Source of the DNA: Spirochaetia bacterium
GTDB taxonomy: Bacteria > Spirochaetota > Spirochaetia > SZUA-6 > Bin103
Direction: 5' to 3'
Assembly (NCBI GenBank): GCA_965198005.1
Contig: CBDAOI010000002.1
Span: 1 to 64,000 of the forward strand
Length of the DNA stretch: 64,000 bases
The stretch's first letter is position 1; every line of letters starts with the position of its first letter. The notes under the pieces were generated by a model. It was given only the letters and a program-made list of their open reading frames with translations. It was not told the origin of the DNA and did no database searches. This document shows positions 51,473 to 62,026 of the stretch, in pieces. The position numbers and the translations under genes are program-made.

Positions 51473-52609
51473 ATGACCTGGATCTGGCAACACGCCGAAT
51501 GGCCCAGCTTCGTGTGGGACCGCTCCCGGCTCGCGCTACTGGAGGATCGCTTCCTGCACGAGTCCGGCCGGCGGGTGGGAGCGTGGCGCCATCTGCCCGA
51601 CCAGGCTCGGACCGACCTGCGCATCGAGTGGCTGAGTGACGAAGCGCTCGACACCTCGGCGATCGAGGGCGAAATCCTCAACCGCGCGTCGGTGCAGTCC
51701 TCGATCCGCCGTCAATTCGGACTGAGCGGCGACCCGCGCCGCATCACGCCCGCCGAAGCCGGCGTGGCCGAGATGCTGGTGGCTCTCTACCGGACGTTCG
51801 ATTCGCCACTGGATCGGGCAACGTTGTGGGCGTGGCACCGGATGCTGATGCGCGAACGCCCCGCCTTGGCGGTGATTGGCGGATATGACAGCATGCCGAG
51901 GCCATGCAGGTGGTGTCCGGCCCCGACAACCGTCGGCGAGTCCACTATGAGGCGCCACCGTCCGCCAGCGTCGCCACCGAGATGGACCGTTTCATCGCGT
52001 GGTACGGGCGGACGAAGAATGCCGGCTCTAACCCGCGCCGGAATCGCGCATTTCTACTTCGTCTCCATCCATCCCTTCGAAGATGGGAATGGTCGCATTG
52101 GCCGGGCCCTGGCCGAGAAGGCGCTGGCCCAATCGCTCGGCGAGCCCAGCCTGATCGCCCTCTCGCGCGCCATCGTCCGCCAGCGCAAGGCCTACTACGA
52201 CGTTCTGGAGGCCGCCAACCGCTCGCTCGATATCACCGACTGGTTGGAGTGGTTCGCCGGCATCGTGCTCGACGCCCAGGCCTGGAGCGAGCGCCGCCTG
52301 ACGGGCCTCATCGAACAAACCCGGATGCTCGACCGGCTCCGCGGGGGGCTAAATCCACGGCAGACAAAGGCGCTGCTGCGTCTGTTTCGCGAGGAGCCGG
52401 ACGGATTCCAGGGCGGCCTCAGCGCTGCCAACTACCGCCGTATCACTGGAGCGCCAGCCTCTACCGCCACCCGCGACCTCGCCGATCTGGTCGCCAAGCG
52501 TGCGCTGCGCCGCACCGGCGAACGTCGTCACACGCGCTACTGGCTCGACCTGCCCTCATCTGCTCCCGACGTCGACGACGTTGCTGACGAACCGCCGCCC
52601 ATGCGCTAA
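51473..52609 (+). CDS. Fic family protein (DUF4172 N-terminus) with two compensating frameshifts
   Basis: MTWIWQHAEWPSF, TSAIEGE, HPFEDGNGRIGR, TATRDL; segment MQVVSG..VHYEAPP lies in another frame at 51904-52020. Confidence 0.85.
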   Translation: MTWIWQHAEWPSFVWDRSRLALLEDRFLHESGRRVGAWRHLPDQARTDLRIEWLSDEALDTSAIEGEILNRASVQSSIRRQFGLSGDPRRITPAEAGVAEMLVALYRTFDSPLDRATLWAWHRMLMRERPALAVIGGYDSMPRPCRWCPAPTTVGESTMRRHRPPASPPRWTVSSRGTGGRRMPALTRAGIAHFYFVSIHPFEDGNGRIGRALAEKALAQSLGEPSLIALSRAIVRQRKAYYDVLEAANRSLDITDWLEWFAGIVLDAQAWSERRLTGLIEQTRMLDRLRGGLNPRQTKALLRLFREEPDGFQGGLSAANYRRITGAPASTATRDLADLVAKRALRRTGERRHTRYWLDLPSSAPDVDDVADEPPPMR

Positions 52610-52641
52610 GGGCCAGGCAAGAAAGCGCGGCGACCATGTGG

Positions 52642-52866
52642 TCACCCCGCATGCCTGGACAATAGCTCTCGGACCTCCACAACAAGCTCGTTTGGAATCC
52701 CCATCATGGTTTGCGTGTCGTCCACCAAGGCTTCCTCATCCTCCGCCACCGCCTGTTCCTCGGTTTGGGATTCATAGTGCTCTATCAGTCGTTGCACGCG
52801 CGCCTCATCCCAACCAGAGGGGAAGCCGGAATCTCTGTTCATTTTCTTCTCCTTCTCGTCCGTCAT
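52642..52866 (-). CDS. Small conserved-looking hypothetical protein (putative antitoxin)
   Basis: FPSGWDEARVQRLIEHYESQTEEQAVAEDE; TA-rich context. Confidence 0.6.
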   Translation of the reverse strand: MTDEKEKKMNRDSGFPSGWDEARVQRLIEHYESQTEEQAVAEDEEALVDDTQTMMGIPNELVVEVRELLSRHAG

Positions 52867-52989
52867 CGGTTGGCGCCGGCGATGGCGATGGCGGACGTGA
52901 CCGCGAGCATCTCGCGCACCGGCGAGTTCACGTTCGCGCGAAATCCAATCGCCTCGCAGAGTGGGGTATTGTGGTATTGTTGAGGTCCG

Positions 52990-53385
52990 ATGCCCACTAT
53001 AAGTACATTCTTCGGGGTGGTGATCCAGATGTACTGGAGGGAGCACGGCCCGCCGCACTTTCATGCCATCTATGCCGATACCCCCGCTGGAATAGCTCCG
53101 CCGCCACGACCATCGGCACCCTGGCGGGTGGTCGACGTAAGACCACTTGCGAACATGCGCCTTCGCGTCAGATTCGTTGACGGCACGGTCGGCGAGGTAG
53201 ATCTGCGGAGCTTCCTCGGCAGTACGGAGGTGCAAGGCACGATCTTCGAGCCGTTACGATCAGAGGAGCAGTTTCGGCACGTGCATGCCGAGCTGGGAGC
53301 TGTGGTGTGGCCAAACGGCGCCGACCTGGCGCCCGACGCGATGTATGACGCCATCCGTGTTAGCGGGCGGTGGGTGGTCCAGTGA
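52990..53385 (+). CDS. In-frame fusion of a DUF4160 N-terminus to DUF2442
   Basis: MPTISTFFGVVIQMY..EHGPPHFHA joined to LRVRFVDG..GEVDL...VVWPNGADLAPD. Confidence 0.75.
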   Translation: MPTISTFFGVVIQMYWREHGPPHFHAIYADTPAGIAPPPRPSAPWRVVDVRPLANMRLRVRFVDGTVGEVDLRSFLGSTEVQGTIFEPLRSEEQFRHVHAELGAVVWPNGADLAPDAMYDAIRVSGRWVVQ

Positions 53386-53454
53386 TTAGCTTGCCTCTGG
53401 CGGCGCCGTAGCGCCCGAGCCGGCCACGCGCCGGCCACGCAGCCGCGTCCCGCG

Positions 53455-53589
53455 ATCCCCGGCGCTCATCACCGAGACCCACAGCTCAGCATCCCCCCAA
53501 CGCTCCATCACCTCGGCGATGAGGTCTTCCGGCGTCTCACGGTTGCGTTCGGCGTGGATGAAGGCCGTCGAATCGATCAGGAGCCCCAT
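53455..53589 (-). pseudogene. Truncated VapC/PIN toxin
   Basis: MGLLIDSTAFIHAER...VSVMSAG then diverges. Confidence 0.7.
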
Positions 53590-53888
53590 GAGGGGCGCTC
53601 CTCCATCGCCTCTCCCGCCAGGATGTCGAGCAGATCCTCGCCAAAACGATCATCCAGCACAACCGGGGAGCGGCTGCGCAGATATGCAAGGCACTCAGAG
53701 GCGCGACGACTGGTCAGCGAGGGCGGGGCGATGACGCATACGTCACGCCCTCGGCGGTGGACCACGAACCGGCCACGAGATGACTCGATCCGGTCGAGGA
53801 TCCTGGAAAAGGAGCGGCTCGCCTCTGTCGCCGACACTCGCTCTTCGCGAGGGTTGTCCGATCCAGTCTTTTCTGATTTTCTTGCCAC
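53577..53888 (-). CDS. Phd/YefM-like antitoxin
   Basis: RVSATEASRSFSRILDRI...FVVHRRGRDVCVI; overlaps the PIN start. Confidence 0.78.
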   Translation of the reverse strand: MARKSEKTGSDNPREERVSATEASRSFSRILDRIESSRGRFVVHRRGRDVCVIAPPSLTSRRASECLAYLRSRSPVVLDDRFGEDLLDILAGEAMEERPSWGS

Positions 53889-54280
53889 AAATCTGATTGT
53901 ACAGCGGCTGCCGCAGCAAGTCACTTCAGCTCATTGCCTATCTCGAAAATGCGGCCCGCGCGAGCCGAGGTGCGGGATCGATCCCTCTTTCTTGGGGCCC
54001 AAACCGACGTGCGCCCGATCCACCATGGGCACCGGCGCCCGCTTGCGGGACCAGACGTCGTCCTCTCGCCCTACTCGCACGCGCGACGTTGTCATCGTAT
54101 TCGGGCGCCACGAAGTGGCTGCGCGACCTTCCCTCCTCCATCGATATAACTAAACTAAACCCGGCACGCCACCTCGAATGAAGGGCTGAAGGGTGAGCTC
54201 TGGCGCAGTCGAACAGGCGCCGCGGTCACCGGTGAGCCGCGGAAGTGCAGCGTAAGCAGCCGAAGGGCGCGATGGGGGCG

Positions 54281-55234
54281 TCAGCGCGGGGTCAGGTGGC
54301 CTTTGGCAGCGGCGCCGTAGCGGCCGAGCCGGCCGCGCAGCCGCGGGTCCAGCAAGTCCCGCACCGCGTCACCGAACATGTTGAGGCTGTAGACGACCAC
54401 GGTCAGGCACAGCCCCGGCCACAACGCCAGATGAGGCGCTACCTCCATGTACCGCCGCCCCTCGCGGCTGAGCATGCCGCCCCAGCTGGGAATGTCCGGT
54501 GGCAGACCGAAGCCGAGAAAGCTCAGCGCCGCCTCCGACATGATCACCCCGCCGACGTTGATGCTGAAGATGATGATGATGGGCGCGGCGATGTTGGGCA
54601 GCACGTGGCGCAGCAGCGAGCGCCGGCGCGAGCTGCCGATCGCCTGCGCCGCCTGGAAGTAGACGTTCTCCTTGACCCCCAGCACCGCGCCGCGCACCAC
54701 CCGCGAGGCCGGGATGCCGCCCGACACCCCCAGCACGATGATGATCTGCGGCATGCCGCGGCCGGCAATCGACATGATCGTCAGCAGCAACAGCAGCCCC
54801 GGGAACGCTATCCAGGCGTCGACGAAGCGCTGCGTCACCAGGTCCAGCCGCCCGCCGATGAACCCGGTGGTGCCGCCGATCAGCACCGCCACCACGACGT
54901 TGAGCGACGTGGCGGCCAGCCCCACCGTCAGCGACAGCCGCGCCCCGTGGATGAGGCGGCTCAACAGGTCGCGCCCCACGTGGTCGGTGCCCAGCAGGTA
55001 CTGGGCCGACGGAGCCTGTAGGCGATCGCGCAGGTGGATCTCCTCGAAGCGATAGGGCGCCAGCCCATCGGCGAAGATGCTCACCAGCACCAGGAGCAGG
55101 ATGACGATGCCGCCGGCGGTGCCCAACGGCTGCTCACGCACCAGCCGGCCGAAGAACCGCCGCGCTCCGGCCTGCCCAGCCGCGCCCGCGGCCGGCTCAG
55201 CTACGGCCGGCGTCAGCTGTGATACGTCACCCAT
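54281..55234 (-). CDS. ABC permease DppC/OppC-like, cassette 5
   Basis: Near-identical to 16521-17477. Confidence 0.93.
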   Translation of the reverse strand: MGDVSQLTPAVAEPAAGAAGQAGARRFFGRLVREQPLGTAGGIVILLLVLVSIFADGLAPYRFEEIHLRDRLQAPSAQYLLGTDHVGRDLLSRLIHGARLSLTVGLAATSLNVVVAVLIGGTTGFIGGRLDLVTQRFVDAWIAFPGLLLLLTIMSIAGRGMPQIIIVLGVSGGIPASRVVRGAVLGVKENVYFQAAQAIGSSRRRSLLRHVLPNIAAPIIIIFSINVGGVIMSEAALSFLGFGLPPDIPSWGGMLSREGRRYMEVAPHLALWPGLCLTVVVYSLNMFGDAVRDLLDPRLRGRLGRYGAAAKGHLTPR

Positions 55235-55243
55235 GCGCGTGCC

Positions 55244-56200
55244 TCATTCGTAGCGAATCCGCGGGTCCAGCAACGCATACAGCAGATCGGTCACCAGGTT
55301 GACCAACACCACCACCGTGGCGAAGAACAGATTCACCGCGGACACCACCGGGTAGTCGCGGTCGTTGAGGGCGTCCAGCATCAGCCGCCCGAGCCCCGGC
55401 AGGTTGAAGATGTTCTCGATGATGACCGAGCCGCCCACCAGAATCGGCAGCTGCATGCCCACCAGCGTCACCACCGGGATGATGGCGTTCTTGACCGCGT
55501 GGCGCAGGATCACCGACCGCTCCAGCAGACCCTTGGCCCAGGCGGTGCGAATGTAGTCCTGGCGCAGCACCTCCAGCATCATGGTACGCGTCATGCGCAT
55601 GGTGCTGGCCGCCAGGTAGGTGCCCAGGATCAGGCTGGGGATGAGGAACATGCCGAGGTTGCCGAGCGGGTCCTGGGCGAACGGGATCAGCTCCATCGGT
55701 GGCGACCACGCCCACCAGATGGCGGGGTAGATCATCACCATCGTTCCCAGCCAGAAGTTGGGCGTCGCCAGCCCCATGATGGCGACCGACCGTCCGACGT
55801 AGTCGGCGGCGGTGTACTGGCGCACCGCCGAGTAGATGCCCACCGGCAGGGCGATGACCAGTCCGATGAGGATGGCCAGCAGCCCGAGCTCGGCGGTGAC
55901 CGGCAGTCGTCCCAGCATGCGCTCCTCGATGCGCCAACCGCCAAGTAGCGACTCGCCGAGCGTGCCGCGCAGCAAAATATCTCCGATCCAGCGTCCATAC
56001 TGTACGTAGACAGGCACGTCTAATCCCAGCATACGCTCAAGAGCTTCACGGTCAACATCGCCGCCCACAGACAACATACGGCTTGCCATGGCGCCGATGA
56101 CGTCGCCTGGGATGAAGCGCACCGACAGGAACACCAACACGCTCAGAATGAACAACGTGGGGATGACCAGCAGCAACCGCCGGATGATGTAGGCTCTCAT
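55244..56200 (-). CDS. ABC permease DppB/OppB-like, cassette 5
   Basis: Near-identical to 15552-16511 except for an N-terminal loop patch. Confidence 0.93.
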   Translation of the reverse strand: MRAYIIRRLLLVIPTLFILSVLVFLSVRFIPGDVIGAMASRMLSVGGDVDREALERMLGLDVPVYVQYGRWIGDILLRGTLGESLLGGWRIEERMLGRLPVTAELGLLAILIGLVIALPVGIYSAVRQYTAADYVGRSVAIMGLATPNFWLGTMVMIYPAIWWAWSPPMELIPFAQDPLGNLGMFLIPSLILGTYLAASTMRMTRTMMLEVLRQDYIRTAWAKGLLERSVILRHAVKNAIIPVVTLVGMQLPILVGGSVIIENIFNLPGLGRLMLDALNDRDYPVVSAVNLFFATVVVLVNLVTDLLYALLDPRIRYE

Positions 56201-56373
56201 ATCTTCGTGACAAAAAGGGCGCCGGGAAGCGCGGTCGGAACCGTTCTCCCGGTGCCCTTCTCTGCGGGCAGAACGAGCGCGAAAACGCTCGCGGACCCGC
56301 TGCTAGGCGCGGTCCCGACTCGTGGAGTCGCGCAGCGACTCCCGTTTCACTCGCTCAAGGGCAATGGACTTGC

Positions 56374-58170
56374 TCAGAATCCCATTTCTTCCTTTAGATC
56401 TTGGTCAATCCAAAGGTGGATGAGGACGCTACGTTCTCCCGCAATTTCCAGCTCCCATTCTCCGTTATAACCTTTGACCCACGGCTGGGCCACCTGATAC
56501 CTTGGAGCCATAGGACTATATATCTGATTGTGGTGCTTTATTATGGCCATATCAAACTCTTTAAATGCCCTCTGCTGCTCCTCAACGGTGGTAGCGGCGA
56601 AAAAGGCTTCATAGGCGGCGGTCATCTCAGGGGTGTCGACATCGCCGCCCATGTAATGGCGGACATGTCCACCCCCACGATACCAGCCTATCAACATTGA
56701 AGGGCTAAGATTAAAGCCCATGTCGCCAAGGGTCATGTGATAAATACCGTCGTTTCTACGATTGTACCAAGTAGGCCCGTCATACATATCGATCTCTACA
56801 TCAACGCCAATCGCAGCCCAGTAGCCGACAGCTATTTCTGCATAGCCTAAATCATCGACGATGACGTGGTCATAGTTGACCTTGAATCGAACGCCGTCCG
56901 CGCCGCGCGGATATCCAGCCTCATCAAGGAGCTTCTCGGCACCTTCCGGGTCATACCTGTAGTATTGCTTGACCTCTTCGGGAAAATCTTCAAATGGGGT
57001 GTAATACTCCGGGAGGGCATACCCTATCATCCCCATGGGTTCCCACTTTGCGTAACCGCCAAAGTAGGTATCGTTAATCGTCTCGAGGTCCAGCGCCATC
57101 TGCAGTGCGTGGCGAACCCTGACGTCGTCAAAGGGCGGCTTGTGTACGTTCAGACTAAAACTCCCAACCGCTCGCATGTAATATCCGGTCACCTGGACTT
57201 CGGGGTTGGTCCGCTGGAGGCTCTTTACCACGTCGAGGGTATTTACCGCCGCCGTGCCGGCATGTATTATATCAACCTGACCCGTGCGTAGCGCCGATAG
57301 ACGTGTTGCTTCTTCTGGCATATACAGGAGCCTTAACCGATCAATATAGGGCAAGCGGTTCTCCGGGTATTTTGGGTCGTAGCCCCAGTAGTCAGGATTC
57401 TTGTCCCAGGTAATAGAGACGCCTTCGACATAGTCAGTCAGCATAATGGACCCGGTGCCGACCACGTTCCTCCAATCCGCATAGTCGCCGTATTGCTCAA
57501 TTACCTCGGGGGGTAATATCCAACCCTGTATGTCGCTGAGGATAGCCTTCAGCGCACCGAGGTATGGCTCCTTCAGCTTGAAAACAACCGTATATTTGTC
57601 GGTGGCCTCTATCGATTCCCATGGCAGGTTGATCACCTCGTAAGTCTTGAGGGGACGTTCGGTGAAGTCGCCCTGAACGGTATTACGCTGAAAGGTATAC
57701 ACGACATCATCGGCAGTTAGCTCCCGACCGTTCATCGGTGGCTTATCATGCCAGTGAACGCCCGGGCGGATGTGGACGACGATCGTTGTGTCGTCGGGCT
57801 GCTCCCAGCTTTCCGCCAGACTCCCTGTAGTGGCAACAGTGGGATAGCTGAAATTGGTTGTAAAGTCCCACAGGTCCCTATCTATTGACCAGTCCCCCCA
57901 GGCGAGCTTCTCATTAACGCTACCAATGAAACGGGTCGCAGGGTGGCCAGTAATAAAGGGGTCAGTAGTCTCGGCCTTTGATAGGTCGGGATAGGTTAAT
58001 GTCCCGCCATACTCGGGCGCGGTCACCACCTTGCCGGTGGCGGGGTCGGTCACATAATTCTTGTCGGCAGCGGCTGCCGGCGCCTCTTCTGCGCCGGTGG
58101 CCCACAGGCCGGCTGCGGTCAGGGCGAATCCAATCAGGATCGCCACGCTCTTTTTTACCATATTGGTCAT
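56374..58170 (-). CDS. ABC substrate-binding protein family 5 (SBP5)
   Basis: LWATG signal, PEYGG, LAESWE, KNPDYW, PFDDVRVRHALQMA. Confidence 0.93.
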   Translation of the reverse strand: MTNMVKKSVAILIGFALTAAGLWATGAEEAPAAAADKNYVTDPATGKVVTAPEYGGTLTYPDLSKAETTDPFITGHPATRFIGSVNEKLAWGDWSIDRDLWDFTTNFSYPTVATTGSLAESWEQPDDTTIVVHIRPGVHWHDKPPMNGRELTADDVVYTFQRNTVQGDFTERPLKTYEVINLPWESIEATDKYTVVFKLKEPYLGALKAILSDIQGWILPPEVIEQYGDYADWRNVVGTGSIMLTDYVEGVSITWDKNPDYWGYDPKYPENRLPYIDRLRLLYMPEEATRLSALRTGQVDIIHAGTAAVNTLDVVKSLQRTNPEVQVTGYYMRAVGSFSLNVHKPPFDDVRVRHALQMALDLETINDTYFGGYAKWEPMGMIGYALPEYYTPFEDFPEEVKQYYRYDPEGAEKLLDEAGYPRGADGVRFKVNYDHVIVDDLGYAEIAVGYWAAIGVDVEIDMYDGPTWYNRRNDGIYHMTLGDMGFNLSPSMLIGWYRGGGHVRHYMGGDVDTPEMTAAYEAFFAATTVEEQQRAFKEFDMAIIKHHNQIYSPMAPRYQVAQPWVKGYNGEWELEIAGERSVLIHLWIDQDLKEEMGF

Positions 58171-58915
58171 GGTTCTCTACCTCACATCAAATAATTGTTG
58201 AGAGCACTGATTCCACTGCCGGCCCCTCGCCACGCTCGCCTGCGAGCGCACTCTCATAAGCGAGGGCGACACTTTTAGCGGCCGAGGCCGCTCGGTCCCG
58301 AGCCGCGTTAGTCGTACGGAGATTTCATCTCTTGCCTCCTTTGACCTGGGCATGCCGCACAACACCACGCGGGGTGGGGGTGCGGGCCCCTTGAGCGAGT
58401 GGACTCGTGGGGTTTGCGGCCAACAGGGTTGGCCGTTAGACGCGCGGACGCGTTGCGGCCGACGCGGTCGGCCGTTGGGCGCATGGATGCGTGGCGGCTG
58501 GGTGCCACGCAGATCGATGGTGCCGCGCTCAGCACCGGCGCCGGGCGGTCGGCTGGGCCGGGTCATGTCGTTACCCATACACCTGCAGCTTAGACCAGCG
58601 CGAGGTATGTAGCAAGCGCTTCGGGCTGCGCTGCGTGGCAGCCTCATCGCCCGCCGCGCGACTGCTAGCCGGGGGCTGGGGTGGAGCGCGTGGGTCCCCA
58701 TACGCGGACTACTATAGCCGGCCGCCCGGGTTATGGCAAGCACTTCCCTGGAGGCACCGACAGCACGGTCGTCTGGTCCCGCACACACGCGCCCGTGCCC
58801 ATGGTGGATCGGGCGCACTTCAGTTGGGGCCCCAAAAAAAGAGCAACTTGCGCGTGCTGTGCTTGGAGCTCGGAAGTGTGGGCTGCAACGATGCTTCAGA
58901 GTAAACTTCCGAGTG

Positions 58916-59917
58916 ATGGACCTCGTCGAGATGCTACGCAGGCCCGAGGGCAAGAACCTGGAGTTCAAGCGCGACCTCTCCTCGCCGGAAGGGTTTCTGC
59001 GCACGCTCGTTGCGTTTGCCAACACGGCCGGGGGCACCACTCTCATCGGTGTCGAGGATCGAACCGGCCATGTCCGTGGCGTGAGTGAGCCGCTGGACAT
59101 GGAGGAACGCGTAACCAATCTGATCAGCGACTCCATCCGGCCGCGGCTCCTGCCGGATGTGCAGATCCTCAGTTACCGCAACACGCTGATCTTGGCGGTC
59201 GAGGTCTATCCGAGCCCGGCTCGGCCTCACTTCATCGCCCGCGCCGGCCCCATGGCCGGCTGCTACGTGCGTGTCGGTTCCAGCAACCGTTTGGCGGATG
59301 CGGCTCTGATTGCTGAAATGAGACGCTTCGCCAGTGGCGAGACCTTCGACGAGGGGCCGCTGCCGGCCCTCGACTCGGAAGCCATCGACTTCCGAGCTGC
59401 TTCCGAGTTGTTTGCCCCGGTACGGAGGCTGACGCGCCGCAACCTCGAAACCCTCAGGCTCCTGACCTCGCACCAGGGTCGCATGGTCCCGACCGTCGGC
59501 GGCGTGCTGCTATTCGGGGTGGATCGACTTGCCCATTTCCCCGACGCATGGGTTCAAGCCGGCCGGTTCACGGGAACCGACAGATCGACCATTCGCGACC
59601 AGATCGACCTCAAGATGTCGCTGCCCCACGCGATTGAGGAAGCGATCGCGTTCGTGAGCAAGCATGCGCTGCGCGGCGCCGACATTGGCCCAGTGCGCCG
59701 GCGGGACCGGTGGAACCTGCCCCCGGCCGCGGTCCGCGAAGCGATCGTCAACGCGGTCGCCCACGCGGACTACTCGCAACGCGGTGCGCCGATCCGAGTC
59801 GCGATCTTCGACGATCGGCTGGAGGTGGAGAATCCGGGCCTGTTGCCGTTCGGGATCACGCTCGACGATCTGCCGCTCGGTATCTCAAAGCTGCGTAACC
59901 GGACGAATCACGGGTAG
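58916..59917 (+). pseudogene. AlbA_2 (Schlafen-like) + HATPase_c_4 protein, 3'-truncated
   Basis: EGKNLEFK, VAFANTAGG..LIGVED, YVRVGSS, AVREAIVNAVAHADY, EVENPG, SKLRN then abrupt stop. Confidence 0.82.
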
Positions 59918-60088
59918 TCACCTCAACCACACCAGCACCAGGATCAGGATGACGATGCCGCCGGCGGTGCCCAGCGGCTGCTCGCGGACCAGCCGGCCGA
60001 AGAACCGCCGCGGTCCAGCCTGCCCAGCCGCAGCCGCCCCGGCGGCGGGCTCGGCGACGGCCGGCGTCAGCGGTGATACGTCACCCAT
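59918..60088 (-). pseudogene. 5' stub of DppC-like permease, cassette 6
   Basis: MGDVSPLTPAVAEP...VREQPLGTAGGIVILILVLV then truncation. Confidence 0.85.
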
Positions 60089-60097
60089 GGGCGTGCC

Positions 60098-60469
60098 TCA
60101 TTCGTACCGAATCCGCGGGTCCAGCGACGCGTACAGCAGGATGGCCAGCAGCCCGAGCTCGGCGGTGACCGGGAGTCGTCCCAGCATGCGCTCCTCGATC
60201 CGCCAACCGCCCAGCAGCGACTCGCCGAGGGTGCCGCGCAGGAGGATGCCGCCGATCCAGCGGCCGTACTGCACGTGGATCGGCAGGTCCAGACCGAGCC
60301 GCTGTTCGATGGCCGCGCGGTCGAGCTGGCCGCCCACGAATAGCGTGCGACTGGCCATGATGTCGATGACGTCGCCGGGGATGAAGCGGACGGACAGGAA
60401 CACCAACACGCTCAAGATGAACAGGGTCGGGACGACCAGCAGCAGCCGCCGGATGATGTAGGCTCTCAT
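60098..60469 (-). pseudogene. DppB-like permease with large in-frame deletion, cassette 6
   Basis: ...ELGLLAIL|LYASLDPRIRYE. Confidence 0.88.
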
Positions 60470-60580
60470 GACGCAGTCACCACGACCCGGCCCCTCCCAC
60501 CCTGGGATGGGTGAGAGGGACAAACCGGCTCGTCGAGTCGCGCAGCGACTCCTATTTCACTCGCCCAAAGGGCGATTGAA

Positions 60581-62026
60581 TCAGAACCCCATTTCTCGCT
60601 TCAGATCCTGGTCGATCCAGAGGCGGGCGAGGATGGGATGATACGTCAGGTCTCCCAGCGAGAATTCACCGTTATAGCCCTTGACCCACGGATTGTTCGC
60701 CTGAAACTGTGGAGCCAGAGGACCCCAAATCTGCATGTGTTGCTCGATCGCGAACATATTATACGCTTGCGCTGCCTCCGCCTGCTCCTCCAAGGTCGCA
60801 GCAGCGTAAAAGGCATCGGAGGCCGCGTCCATCACGGAGGTGTCGATTGCGCATGGGTCGCTACAGGCCAGGTATTCGCGGATAAACGGATTGCTATCGC
60901 GATGAACTTGCATGGCCCACACAGCGTTCGGTTGGGCCATGTCGCCACCGCTCATCTCATACGTGGTATCTGCTTTGGTAGCCACCCAGGTCCCTGTGTC
61001 TATAACACTAGTCGTTACATCAACGCCAATATCAGCCCAGTAGCCCACAGCTATTTCCGTATAGCCCAAATCGTAGGCATCTCGGTGCAACAATTCTGCC
61101 GTGAATCGGATTCCGTCCGCTCCGCGCGGATAGCCGGCCTCATCCAGGAGTTTCCCGGCACCTTCCAGGTCATACGTGTAATAGCCCTTCAGCTCTGCCG
61201 GCCACTCTTCAAATGGAGTGTGATGCCCCGGGAACTTCTCGTCGTCTTTCCAGTAGTTGGGGTTCTTTACCCAGGTCAGAGAGGCGGCCTCGACCCAGTC
61301 AGTCAGCATCCAGGGCCCGGTGCCGACTATCGTCCGCCAATCCTCAGCGTTGCCGTGTTCCTCGATTATCTCGGGGGGGTATACAATACCATGGCAATCC
61401 CCGAGGAGAAACCCCAGCGCACGGAGGTCCGGCTGGCTCAGCTTGATTTCAACCGTCCATTTGTCGGTCGCTGTTACCGATTCGATTGGCAACGTCAGGA
61501 CACCCCACGTCTGGGGGGAAGGTTCAGTGAAGCCGCTGCCAAGACCCAACAAACGATGAAAGTTATATTCCACATCCTGGGCAGTTAGCTCCCGCCCGTT
61601 CACCGGCTCCTTATCGTGATAGTGAACGCCCTGGCGGATGTTGAAAACAATCGTTGTGTCGTCGGGCGTTTCCCAGCTTTCCGCCAGGTGCCCTCTGAAG
61701 AGCCATGGAGCGTTCTGATCACTTGTCAAGTCGTACACGTCCCTATCTATTGCCCAGTCATGGATGGCTAGCCCCTCTACAACGCCACTGACGGCCACTT
61801 GAGCCCCGTGCCATATGTAGGTGTCAGTGTGCGTAAGCGGCGTCTCCAGGGCATAGGTGATTGTCCCGCCATACTGGGGCTTGAGCACCTGTTTGCCGGT
61901 GGATGGGTCGGTCACGTACTCCTTCTCGGCCGCCGCGGCCGAGTCGTCATCGCTGTCGCCGCTGGCGAACGTAACGGTAGCCACCAGCGCGAACGCCAGT
62001 GCCAAAGAAATAAATCGAAGAGCCAT
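60581..62026 (-). pseudogene. Family-5 SBP (SBP6) with in-frame internal deletion
   Basis: KDDEKFP|GHHTPFEEWP lacks the NRLPYID...DVRVR segment of paralogues. Confidence 0.8.
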
